Shown here: positions 13,701 to 22,947 of the stretch, in pieces
Layout of the letters: the number at the start of each line of letters is the position of its first letter
How positions within the stretch are numbered: position 1 is the stretch's first letter
NCBI GenBank assembly: GCA_963575745.1
Contig: CAUYUJ010000203.1
Location: 496,001 to 560,000 of the forward strand
Direction of reading: 5' to 3'
From: Prorocentrum cordatum
Lineage: Eukaryota
DNA length: 64,000 nt
The notes under the pieces: generated by a model
Told to the model about the DNA's origin: nothing
Database searches by the model: none
What the model saw: only the letters and a program-made list of their open reading frames with translations
Made by a program: the position numbers and the translations under genes

Positions 13701-14377
13701 CAGAGACGAGGCTAGCCGTCGGGGTTCGTCAGCCACCGAACTCGCATCGCGACCGTCGTCACTCACTCACTCCTCCTCCTCCTCCTCCTCCTCCTCCTCC
13801 TCCTCCTCCTCCCCCTCCTCCTTCTCTCCCTTTCTCCCCCCTCCGCCTCCCCCCCTCCCCCCCTGCTTCGCATTCTGATATGCTCGCATGCGTTCCACCC
13901 TCCTCCCTCCCTCCTGCTGCATTCTCCTTCTCTCCTCACTCCTTCCGTTTCACCTGCCCTCTCTCCTCCTTCTCCTCCACCGACCAGGAAAATCACGAGG
14001 GGAGGCGGTGCAAAAACAAAGATAAGAAACGAGGAGAAGGGGAAGAGACGGAAAAAGGATTGTGGGGGATTGATGAAGTCCTCGTCGATTGGAGGAACTT
14101 GGTGCCACAGTCGGGGGTACACGAGGGGGGTAGTCCATCCTCGATACGGGTGCGCCCGAATGGGCGCCCTGGGTGTATCCCCCAGTTCCCCCTCTTTTCT
14201 GCGCGGCCTGATCCTTGAGGGAGCAATCGGGATTTGGGGGCGAGAGATCGCGCAAGAATGAGGTCCTCCCCCCTCCCTCTGAGAGGACAAGCAAACAACA
14301 GGGTAACCAGCGTGGGCCTCAAGCAGCGCGTGCTCCAACAATATGAGCTGTGCAATGGATGTAAGACATTTTTAAAA

Positions 14378-14964
14378 TACGTAGCACCGCGGAAATGCGA
14401 ATAAGAGTGAGGGGGCGGTCAACGTTTCACAAATTATACAAAGAGCCCGCCGCAGGCGCCGATTTGTTCGTTACACCAGTGTGGGTAGGTCGGGGGTGGA
14501 TCGCAAATGGGCCGCGTGTAGGTCGCGGGTGTAGAGGGCAGAAAATCCACCCCATAAGAATCACCCCGACAAGCGAAGCCGTTTAGTAAACGCACGCACG
14601 AAACGAATCGAACAGGCCAAGGCTGTTTAGTCAACGCCCAGGGCCGTGTACTAAACGTCAATTGTCGGGTCCGGATGTTTCTGCCTCCCTTGAGGGTGGG
14701 TCGCGGGGTGGGTCGCGGGTGGGTCGCGGGGTGGGTCGCGGGTGGGTCGCGAATGGGTCGCGGATGGGTCGCACGGTGGGTCGCGGGTGGGTCGCAGGGT
14801 GGGTCGCGCGTGAGTCGCGGGTGGGTCGCGGGTGGGTCGCGGGGTGGATAGCCTGTGGGTCGCGGGTTGGATCGCGGGTGGGTCGCTGGGTGGGTCGCGG
14901 GGTGGGTCGCGGGGTGGGTCGCGGGGTGGGTCGCTGGGTGGGTCGCGGGTGGGTCGCGGGTGGG
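14378..14964. repeat. dispersed ~580-bp repeat ending in (GGGTCGCGG[G]T)n, copy 2
   Basis: Homologous to 2305-2876. Confidence 0.9.
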
Positions 14965-15019
14965 ACGACGACGACAACAAGCAACAACAACAACAACAAC
15001 AACAACAATCATTTTACCC

Positions 15020-15830
15020 GAACGCGTGGTGTTCTCCCCAGTGCCAGGGTTTTCATACGACACCAGGCAATACCCCCACTTCGTGGGGGGGCATTACAAG
15101 CTCTACCAAATATCCAAACGACTCTTCGCGACCACCCAAACCCAGCTTCCCGCCCTATGACGTTGGGACACTTCACTTCGTGGCGTGCGGACGACCGTGG
15201 CTACTACACTGGCGTGGGGTACACACCCACAGAACTTGGTCACTTATTCGGGGCGCGCATGTGCCCAGCATGGTGCAATTGTGCCATACAATACATAATA
15301 CAGAGAGACGAATGTGTCCCGCATGGTATTATTTGACAGGGATGATGGCCCTGGCAGGTGCGCAACCGTTGTCGCAGAAGTTCGAAAAAGTTGCTCGCAA
15401 AAGCCCGTTTGACAGAAATGTTTAAAAAGTGTTGGGTTTCCTACGAATCCGCAAGAGCGCGCGGGATGAGATTTTGACATTTTTTTGTTGAAAAACCATT
15501 GGTTTTTTGATGTTTTTATGTTAAAATCGCTCCGAACACTAAGCTTTTGGAAGGATTTCGTCTTGCGCGCGCGAATGTCCACTTTACCTTATTTTTTGCA
15601 AGGGATTCTTGAAATTTGATTATATTAGAACAAGAAATGTCATTTTATAGTGTTTTTTGCAAGGGAAAACGGATTACAACAAAACAACCGGATCTTGATC
15701 ACCTCGAATTACCTGAGGCTTCCTCACGAAAATGATGAAAACGTAGGCTGCGGCCTAGGCGCGGCGGGGGGGGCGCGTGCACCAGGGGGCCCAACAATAA
15801 TTATTCTTTAGAATTAATAATGTTCAACAA
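15020..15830 (-). mobile_element. non-autonomous repeat unit A ('empty' copy), tandem with unit B
   Basis: 15030-15222 matches 15858-16051 and 15310-15834 matches 17503-18030. Lacks the cargo ORF. Flanked by (CAA)n. Confidence 0.85.
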
Positions 15831-17054
15831 CAACTTACTAGCACGTGGGGACACTCCGTTCTCACCAGTGCCAGGGTTTTCATAGGAGGCGGGCAATGCC
15901 CCCACTTTGTGGGGGGGCCGGTTCAAGCTCCACCACATTTCCAAACGACTCTTCGCCACCGCCCACACCCAGCTTCCCGCCCTATGACGTTCGGACACTT
16001 CACTTCGTGGCCTGCGGACGACCTTGGCTACTACACTGGCGCATGGGTACAGTGACTTGTTGTGGTAACATTTTCTGGTCCTACGCTGGCGCAATGCACG
16101 CCTGGTGACGGCCTGGGCGGATGAAGCCGCCGCCTGCACTGAGGAGCTCACCGACGCATACACATCGCACCACTGTCTCAACACTCCTCGGGACACCAAG
16201 ACAGCTTTCCGTCGCATACGCAACACGGCATGCAACGCGTGGTACTTCAGCCCTGGATATACCGCGCGCATGTGGTCACCAAGTGCCGCGTCGAGCTTTT
16301 CAGCCGTGTCATACTGCAAAGGTCCGGAGTCAGGGTGATACTTCACGTACCATTGCCTCAAAACCATACCGCTGACAGCGACGGGAGGGTCGCTCTCCGA
16401 GAGAAGCTGCGAGAGGACCTCCGCGGCGGCCTCGTCGGCGAAGCTCTCCCGATACTGATTGAGTCGAAGACGCTGGCCTATACATTCCTCCACAGCTTGG
16501 GCAGTATTCAATGCCCCCTTGGCGCCCCACTCCGTGCTGAGCCACTTCTGGCATACCCTGGCGTCAGCAGATACAGATAAATGTCCCAGGAGCCACTGCT
16601 TCAAGACGGCCCCGTCAGTAGTCCCCTCGGGCATGTCTGTGCGAATACGTTCTCCATACCAGGTCTCCAGATGGCCAGCGTTCTGCACTTTGACAAGCGT
16701 CTCTTTGGAAGAATACTGCAGTAGCCACGCCGTTGCGACCCTATCTGGCACATATAGTGGTGGATCCAACTGTCGGAGCGCCCCGCATAATTTGAAAGCT
16801 GTATTATACTCGATGCCCAGGTGGCGGATGGCAGAGCCGTGCTGCTCCTCCAGCTCCTTGGCGCTAGAAATACTGACCTTGCCAGGCACAACCCGATACT
16901 TGCCCCACCAAGTCTTGCACGCCTGGTGACTGGCCTGGATACCCTTTGCAACGAGCGCCTGATGCAAATGATACGGGCTGCCGCAGTCAGCCAAGGGAGG
17001 CCGCGACAGCTCTGGGCCATACTGGTCGTCAAGGGCTTTCGCCGACAAAGCCAT
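15801..17054 (-). CDS. intronless protein with five tandem ~60-aa HTH-like repeats (417 aa including a read-through tail)
   Basis: ATG at 17054 (MALSAK), 26 nt after a relict SL. Repeat pattern (S/T/N)A..L...G..+R ... L...L......(V/A)(S/P/D)..(V/A)...W...(Y/W) occurs five times. After about 16150 the frame runs through the element end to TAA at 15801. Confidence 0.8.
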   Translation of the reverse strand: MALSAKALDDQYGPELSRPPLADCGSPYHLHQALVAKGIQASHQACKTWWGKYRVVPGKVSISSAKELEEQHGSAIRHLGIEYNTAFKLCGALRQLDPPLYVPDRVATAWLLQYSSKETLVKVQNAGHLETWYGERIRTDMPEGTTDGAVLKQWLLGHLSVSADARVCQKWLSTEWGAKGALNTAQAVEECIGQRLRLNQYRESFADEAAAEVLSQLLSESDPPVAVSGMVLRQWYVKYHPDSGPLQYDTAEKLDAALGDHMRAVYPGLKYHALHAVLRMRRKAVLVSRGVLRQWCDVYASVSSSVQAAASSAQAVTRRALRQRRTRKCYHNKSLYPCASVVAKVVRRPRSEVSERHRAGSWVWAVAKSRLEMWWSLNRPPHKVGALPASYENPGTGENGVSPRASKLLLNIINSKE

Positions 17055-17165
17055 GACCCATCCAAGAACACAGGCGATACCTTGATCCGAGATGGCTACG
17101 GATGTGACAGTGATCAGTGATTTTGTTCGATGACGTGGTGACGCACGGACTTGTTGTGGTAACAT
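16054..17165. repeat. perfect 18-bp direct repeat GACTTGTTGTGGTAACAT at 16054-16071 and 17148-17165 bracketing the cargo
   Basis: Identical 18-mers read directly from the sequence. Confidence 0.95.
17081..17102 (-). promoter_or_regulatory. relict dinoflagellate spliced leader (DinoSL)
   Basis: Minus strand TCCGTAGCCATCTCGGATCAAG vs DinoSL DCCGTAGCCATTTTGGCTCAAG: 19/22, in sense orientation just 5' of the ORF. Confidence 0.9.
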
Positions 17166-17167
17166 GC

Positions 17168-17209
<42 letters not shown>

Positions 17210-18024
17210 CATGTGTCCCGCATGGTATTTTTTGCAAGGGATTGTGGCCCCTGGCAGGCGCGCGAACGCCGTTGAAAGAGCGTGCGAAAGTAGCTCGCGC
17301 GAGCTCATGTAACATAAATGTTGAAAAACCATTTGTTTTTAAGGATTCGGACAGCGCGCGCGGGTAGAAATTTGGAAAATCCGTGCACGTGTTTTTCGAG
17401 GACCTACGGTGCGATTCGTGCGATTTTATGATACGCGGTGCTGAAATTCTTAAGAAACCCAATGGTGTTTGAAGATTTCGGCGTGCGCGCGCGAAGAAAA
17501 AACGAATGTGTCCCATATGGTATTATTTGACAGGGATGATGGCCCTGGCATGCGCGCAACCGTTGTTGCAGAAGTTCGAAGCACGTGAAAAAGTTGCTCG
17601 CAAGAGCCCGTTTGACAGAAATGTTGAAAAAGTAGTGGGTTTCCTAAGAAATCCGCAAGAGCGCGCGGGATGAATTTTGAAGCTTTTTTTTTGAAAAACC
17701 ATTGGGTTTTTCATGTTTTTATGTTAAAATCGCTACGAAAACTAAGGTTTTGGAAGGATTTCATCTTGCGCGCGCGAGTGTGCACTTCGTGTCATTTTTT
17801 GCAAAGGATTATTGAAGTTTGGTTATGTTAGAACAAGACATGTCATTTTATATTGTTTTTTGACAGGGAAAGCGGGCGTCAACAAAACAACCGGATCCGC
17901 ACTCCCCCGTTTTGCTTGAGACTTCCTCACGGAAATGATGAAAATGTGGCTGCGGCCTAGGCGCGGCGAGGGGGGCGTGCACCAGGGGGCCCAACAATAA
18001 TTATTCTTTAGAAGTAATAATATT

Positions 18025-18230
18025 CAACAACAACAACAACAACCACAACAACAACAACAACAGCAACAACAACAACGACGACGACGACGACAACAGCAAC
18101 AACACCACCAACACCAACACCAACACCAACAACAGCAACCACTACAACAACAACACCACAACCAACACCAACATCAACAACAACAACACTAACAACAACA
18201 ACAACAACCACTACAACAACAACGCAACAG
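18025..18230. repeat. (CAA)n microsatellite
   Basis: Direct reading. Confidence 0.95.
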
Positions 18231-18349
18231 GCATAATTAACACCTCGGATTCCTGATTCAGCCACGCACCCCGGGACAAAGAATGACCGTTCGGCCCCCT
18301 CACCCTGGCATATGCGTACTTGAACATACTCGTGTGTACTATATAGATG

Positions 18350-18790
18350 GTACGGCAGATGTGGTGCAGTATCTATTGTGGAAATCTGTTGTGCAGTAAC
18401 TGTGTGCCAGTATGTGTGGTGCGATCCATGTGAAACAACCTATGCGGAGCAATCTCCGTGGTGCAATATGTGTGGCGCAATGTATGTTGTGCAATCGATG
18501 TGGTGCGCTCTATGTGGTGCAACTGATGTGGAGCACACTACGCGGTGCTATCGATGTGGTGCAATGAATGTGAGGCAATATGCGCGGTGTAACCCTTGTG
18601 GTGCAATCTAGCTGGTGAACATCATGTTGTGCAACCTATGAGGTGCAAGCTATGTGGTGCAATCTCTGTGGCACATTGCAACGCAATCGATGCAGAGAAA
18701 TGCAGAACAATGCGAAACACAACGTAACAATGCAAAACCATGAAAAGCAATGCAAAACACGGCATAGCAATGCAACACAATGCGAAGTGA
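18350..18790. repeat. degenerate TGTGGTGCAATCTA-type minisatellite followed by a TGCAA-rich tract
   Basis: Recurrent tgtggtgcaa units of about 14-15 nt. Confidence 0.8.
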
Positions 18791-18799
18791 TGCAGGCCC

Positions 18800-19022
18800 A
18801 GACGACGGGCGGCAACGAGTCGGCGACGGGGCAGGGAGGGGGCGGCGACAGCGACAACATAGCCGCCAGACCGACCCGCAGGCCAAGACGATGGGCGGCG
18901 ACGAGGCGGCGACGGGGCAGCGACGGCGACAACGCAACCGCCAGACCGACACGCAGGCCACAACGACGGGCGTCGACGAGGCGGCGACGGCGACAACATA
19001 GCCGCCAGACCGACCCGCAGGC
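18800..19022. repeat. ~75-bp tandem repeat x3
   Basis: gacg(a)cgggc..cgacgaggcggcgacgg...gacaaca(t)agccgccagaccgac(c)cgcaggc repeated three times. Confidence 0.85.
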
Positions 19023-19090
19023 ACATTTCTCTTAGGCAAGCAAATATGAAGCCCTAAGTGCAAGCGCTGCTTCAGGGATAAACATAATTT

Positions 19091-19226
19091 CTTGGAGGTC
19101 CGCGCGGATTTCTTGGACCTGCGCTGGACCCACCGCCTTGGCGCGCGGAACGCGCAGTGGGCGGCGCCAGAGGCGCCGCCAGGGGGTCCCGAGTGCCGAT
19201 CCCAGAAATCCGCACGGACCTTCGAA
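19091..19226. repeat. T-shaped palindromic element
   Basis: Outer arms ttggaggtccgcgcggatttcttgg / cccagaaatccgcacggaccttcgaa. Inner hairpins gcgcg-cggaa-cgcgc (19141-19155) and ggcggcgcc-aga-ggcgccgcc (19160-19180). Confidence 0.85.
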
Positions 19227-20700
19227 ATAACATGTGTTCGCAATTGTTTCTGCTTTAACCCTCCCCACCTCATCCCTTTCTGATTCCCCCCTTCCTCCCT
19301 CCCTCACTCCTCTCCTCCATCTCTGCACAATGGCGTCCAACATCTGGATTGCGGTGCGGCCCAAAGCGCGTGAAACGCCTCTGAGAGACGTTTGCCAGGA
19401 CGCTTGGAAGGATGTCTGGGGAGCTCGCAAGCTCGAGAAAGGAGCTTCGCAGGAGCTTCCGAGGAGCTCCGAAGGAGGTGCGGAAAGACTTGTGGCACGC
19501 GTATTGAGAACGAGTAGGAAAACGCTCTCGGGACAAGCTGCACGTTCAAGCAATCTGCTGCGGCGCTGCTTGAGCCGCGCCCGAAGAAAAAAAGAATCAT
19601 AGCGCGAAAAGCGTGAAAAGAGCGAAAAGCAAAAAAGAAGAGACAAAACAAACAAAAAAATAAGATAACTTAAAGATAACATGGATAAGAAAAACTAACG
19701 AAAAACAATACAAAGAGAAAAAAAAGAGAGAAAAATAAAAAGAAAAATTAAGGAAAAAAAGCAAAGCACAAAAGCTCGCCGACTGCGGCGCTGGCGCCAT
19801 GGTTGAAGTTGAGATAGCTGCCACGGCCTACCCTGCGCTGCCGTCTTCTAATCTGCAGGCCCTCCTATCTCTCAGAGAGCTTATCCGGGAATAGATGCCC
19901 CTCCCATCCTCCTCCCATTCTTCACTCCCTCCCACCTCTCGTTCTCCTCCTCCTCCTCCTCCGCCTCCTCCTCCTCCTCCTCCTCCTTTCCTCTCTCCTC
20001 CTCCTCCTCCTCCTCCTCTCTCCTCCTCCTCCCCCTCCTCGCACCTCCTCCGCCCTCCTCCGCCTCCTCCTCCCTCCTCCCTCCTCGTGCTCGCCATCAC
20101 CTCTCCCTGCTCCCATCCGCCTCCTCTCCCTCCTCCCTCCCTCCCTCCCTCCCTCCCTCCCTCCCTCCCTCCCCGCCCTTAAGGCCGGGTCGGGCTGGGT
20201 CGGGATCGGCTGGGCCGGGCCAGGCCGGGCCAGGCCGGGCCCTCTCCATCTCCTCCCTCTCCCTCCTCTCTGCCCTCCCTACCTCCTCCCCCGCTCCTTT
20301 GCGGCGGGTCCGTGCCGACGCATTGTGGCTAGGCGATCGAGGTTGAGCGTCTCCCTTGCGGTTCTGTCTGGTGTCTGAAGCCGGTGCCGCGTCTTTTTGG
20401 CTGGGACCTGCTGTTCGAAGGAGTGGTCCTGGAGGGGGATCGGACGGCCCCGAGAGGACGGGCCTGCGCGTGGTGGATGGGGCCCAGGGTCGACTCAGCA
20501 CACCGTCCCTTGCCGCTCATCCTGACCGCTCTCAGGAAGCCACCGGCCCTCGTCCCATGGGTTTTTCTGAGCCGCTGAGGGGCGAGGGGCAAGCTCTCGA
20601 CGGCGTGCTGGCTCCGTCCCCCCCCCCCTCTGTTCTGTCCTCCTTCCCCTCCCTCCTCTCTCGTCTTCCGCAGCTGTTGGTTCCAGGGAGCCCGCCAGTA

Positions 20701-20870
20701 CAGTCAACCCGCATAATAGGGATGGGCAGCCTTCTCAGGGCACCCTTGCTTCCTTGCCCCTTCGGTGGGTTTTTTGCTGCGCTCCTTGGCCGTGCTCCGC
20801 TCGTGAGCTTCGTTTCTTTGTCCCTGGCCCTTGCATTCTTATCGCGCATCCTTACTGCACGGATTGACTG
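20701..20870. mobile_element. Tc1/mariner(pogo)-type MITE, copy 1
   Basis: TA|CAGTCAACCCG ... CGGATTGACTG|TA gives TIRs plus a TA target duplication. Reverse-complement homolog at 32078-32250. Confidence 0.8.
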
Positions 20871-20922
20871 TAGCAAGGCCCCCCGCCCACTGCCTACACT
20901 ACCCACGCCATCTGGAAGCGGC

Positions 20923-22947
20923 ATGGAAGGGCCTCCTGCCAAGCGGACCAAGTCCACGGAGCAGGAGGTTGGCTCCTCGGTGGAGGTGCAGCAGGATGTA
21001 GTCCTAAAGTTCTGGATGGCGCACAGGCCCAGTATGCGTGCCAGTCTGGGGGCAGCGGCGGCTTTTGAGTACAAGCACAACCCTGGTGGTCCCTGCAAGA
21101 AAACAATTTACGAGAGGTCCGTGAAGCACCAATGGAACCTCATGGAGCCGGCCCAACAGTCGTCCTGGAGGGCCGCGGCGGCAGCAGGCGGCCCACCCCC
21201 GGGTCAGGTTGCCCTCGCTTTCCTGGCCACGCAGAGTGACTCGCCCCCGGAATCTTCGGCCGGTGGCCTAGACGCACAGAGGGGGCCCCAGGCCGCCGCC
21301 CGGGCGGGCGCCTGCTCCGAGGCCGGCCAGAACCAAGACCAGGGTTTCCCGCAAGAGCAGGGCGCAGCCAGCCGGAAGGAGCTCTCGATCGAGCACGGCG
21401 CTTTTGCGGCGCAGTGTCAGGGCTGCGGAGCCACGGGCGTGCAGCTCGTCGTGGGCCAGGGCGTCTTCGCGGAGACCTCCTACTGCAAGGCCTGCTGGGG
21501 CACCTGGAACACCGCCCAGGCCAGCGTGGAGAAGACCTCCCCCCCCTCGGCCGGCGCAGGGCTGCAGCCCGCGAGCTGCGCCGCAGCTCCGGCCGAGGAG
21601 CGCGCGGAGCAGGTGGGGGCGAAGGGGCAGGCCGCAGCCGGCGGTGAGGAGCATGCGCTCGAGCGTGGCGCTTCCCTGGCGCAGTGCCAGGGTTGCGGAG
21701 CCGCGGGCGTGCAGCTCGTCGGGGGCCAGGGCGTCTTCGCGGAGTCCCTCTACTGCGAGGCCTGCTGGGGCGCCTGGAACACTGCCCAGGTCAACGCGGG
21801 GAAGACCTCCCCCCCTGCAGCTGGCGCAGGGCTGCAGCCCGCGAGCTTCGCCGCAGCCCCGGCCGAGGAACACCCGGCGAAGCTGGAGGCGAAGGAGGGG
21901 GCCGCAGCCAGCGGAGAGGCGCTCTCGCTCGAGAACGACGCTGTCGCGGCGCAGTGCAAGGGCTGCGGAGCCGCGGGCGTGCAGCTCGTAGCGGGCCAGG
22001 GCGTCTTCGCGGAGACCTCCTACTGCGAGACCTGCTGGGGCACCTGGAATACCGCCCAGACCAGCGCGGAGAAGGCCCCCCTGCCCCCCGCAGCCAGCGC
22101 AGCGCTGCAGCCGACGAGCTTCGCCGGGCTCTACGAGCCTGCCCAGCAGACGGTCCCGGGCGGCCGCGGAGTCGGACCTGGGCAGGGCACTTGTGCTGGG
22201 TTCGGAGCCAGCGCCTTGCCGACCCTTGCTTGCACGGTGTGCGGCCAGAAGGGGTATGCTCTCGTCGCCACCGCGGGGCCCTCGGGGCTGACGCTCCTGT
22301 GTGGCTCTTGCGGCCCAGCCAGTTCCCTTGGGGGGGGCGCGGTGCCCCAGGCGCAGGCCCGGGCCATGCTGGGTCAGGAACGCGACGCCCAGGCCCGGGT
22401 CTTGCTGCCCGCTGCGAGCGCAGCGACGAGCCCCTCCGGCGAGCTCGGGGCCGGGGGGGGAGCCGTGACGCCGACGCGGAAGGCCGGCGACCCGCTGTTC
22501 CCGGAGTTCGAGCGTGCGCAGGCCCCGGCGCCAGCAGCGGTGGACAAGCGCCGCGTGGACAGGTGGGTGCGGAGGCTCCCAGACAGGAGTCTTCCTTCAG
22601 ACCGGGTTGTGCTGTACTGGGCATACACTCACCCTGTGGGCAGCCCTCTTATGGCCACCGGCAAGTGGTGCCACATCCCGAAGAAGTCCTCCGACCCCAA
22701 GGGAGTGCTGTTGCAATTTGGGCGGAAAAAAGGAGCAGCCCACGTATGGCTTCGCAAGCAGGGCCATGTGCACGTGTTCGCCAGCGCGGGGGCCACGGAC
22801 CAGATCTTGGCCCAGATCGAGGCCTGGACCGTGCCCTGGAACAACGGCAACCCGCCCGTTCCCTGGGCGGCCGGCGGTCAGCCGAGGCTTCCGAGCCTGC
22901 CGCCGTTGCCGCCGGCAGAGTGGTCGCCGCCCCTGGCGTCTGACTGA
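20923..22947 (+). CDS. intronless 674-aa protein: HMG-box-like N-terminus, three 90-aa repeats each with a CxxC-x19-CxxC zinc finger, a fourth degenerate finger, and an unknown C-terminal domain
   Basis: NLS-like PPAKRTK. LKFWMAHRPSMR...SVKHQWNLMEPAQQSSW resembles HMG helices. CQGCGATGVQLVVGQGVFAETSYCKACWGTW recurs with a 270-bp period (about 21381, 21651, 21921). Open for 2025 nt in non-microsatellite sequence. Confidence 0.75.
   Translation: MEGPPAKRTKSTEQEVGSSVEVQQDVVLKFWMAHRPSMRASLGAAAAFEYKHNPGGPCKKTIYERSVKHQWNLMEPAQQSSWRAAAAAGGPPPGQVALAFLATQSDSPPESSAGGLDAQRGPQAAARAGACSEAGQNQDQGFPQEQGAASRKELSIEHGAFAAQCQGCGATGVQLVVGQGVFAETSYCKACWGTWNTAQASVEKTSPPSAGAGLQPASCAAAPAEERAEQVGAKGQAAAGGEEHALERGASLAQCQGCGAAGVQLVGGQGVFAESLYCEACWGAWNTAQVNAGKTSPPAAGAGLQPASFAAAPAEEHPAKLEAKEGAAASGEALSLENDAVAAQCKGCGAAGVQLVAGQGVFAETSYCETCWGTWNTAQTSAEKAPLPPAASAALQPTSFAGLYEPAQQTVPGGRGVGPGQGTCAGFGASALPTLACTVCGQKGYALVATAGPSGLTLLCGSCGPASSLGGGAVPQAQARAMLGQERDAQARVLLPAASAATSPSGELGAGGGAVTPTRKAGDPLFPEFERAQAPAPAAVDKRRVDRWVRRLPDRSLPSDRVVLYWAYTHPVGSPLMATGKWCHIPKKSSDPKGVLLQFGRKKGAAHVWLRKQGHVHVFASAGATDQILAQIEAWTVPWNNGNPPVPWAAGGQPRLPSLPPLPPAEWSPPLASD

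Larger units (their letters stand above)
15838..18025 (-). mobile_element. non-autonomous repeat unit B carrying a cargo ORF; Helitron-like termini
   Basis: Shares both ends with unit A. The minus-strand 3' end reads tggtgagaac-ggag-tgtcccca-cgtg-CTAG|T (imperfect hairpin + CTAG at 15841-15838). The 5' region starts AT-rich (TCTAAAGAATAATTATT). The Helitron assignment is inference. Confidence 0.6.

Noticed and set aside
14065..14105. Hammerhead-like TGATGA + stem
   Set aside because: It lacks the CUGAUGA/GAAA core arrangement.
17055..17516. N-terminal extension of the 571-aa ORF
   Set aside because: It lies upstream of the SL relic and crosses element repeats and a (GTC)n tract.
20356..20922. 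N-terminal extension of the 863-aa ORF
   Set aside because: It starts at a non-ATG codon and runs through a MITE and low-complexity DNA; ATG 20923 is preferred.
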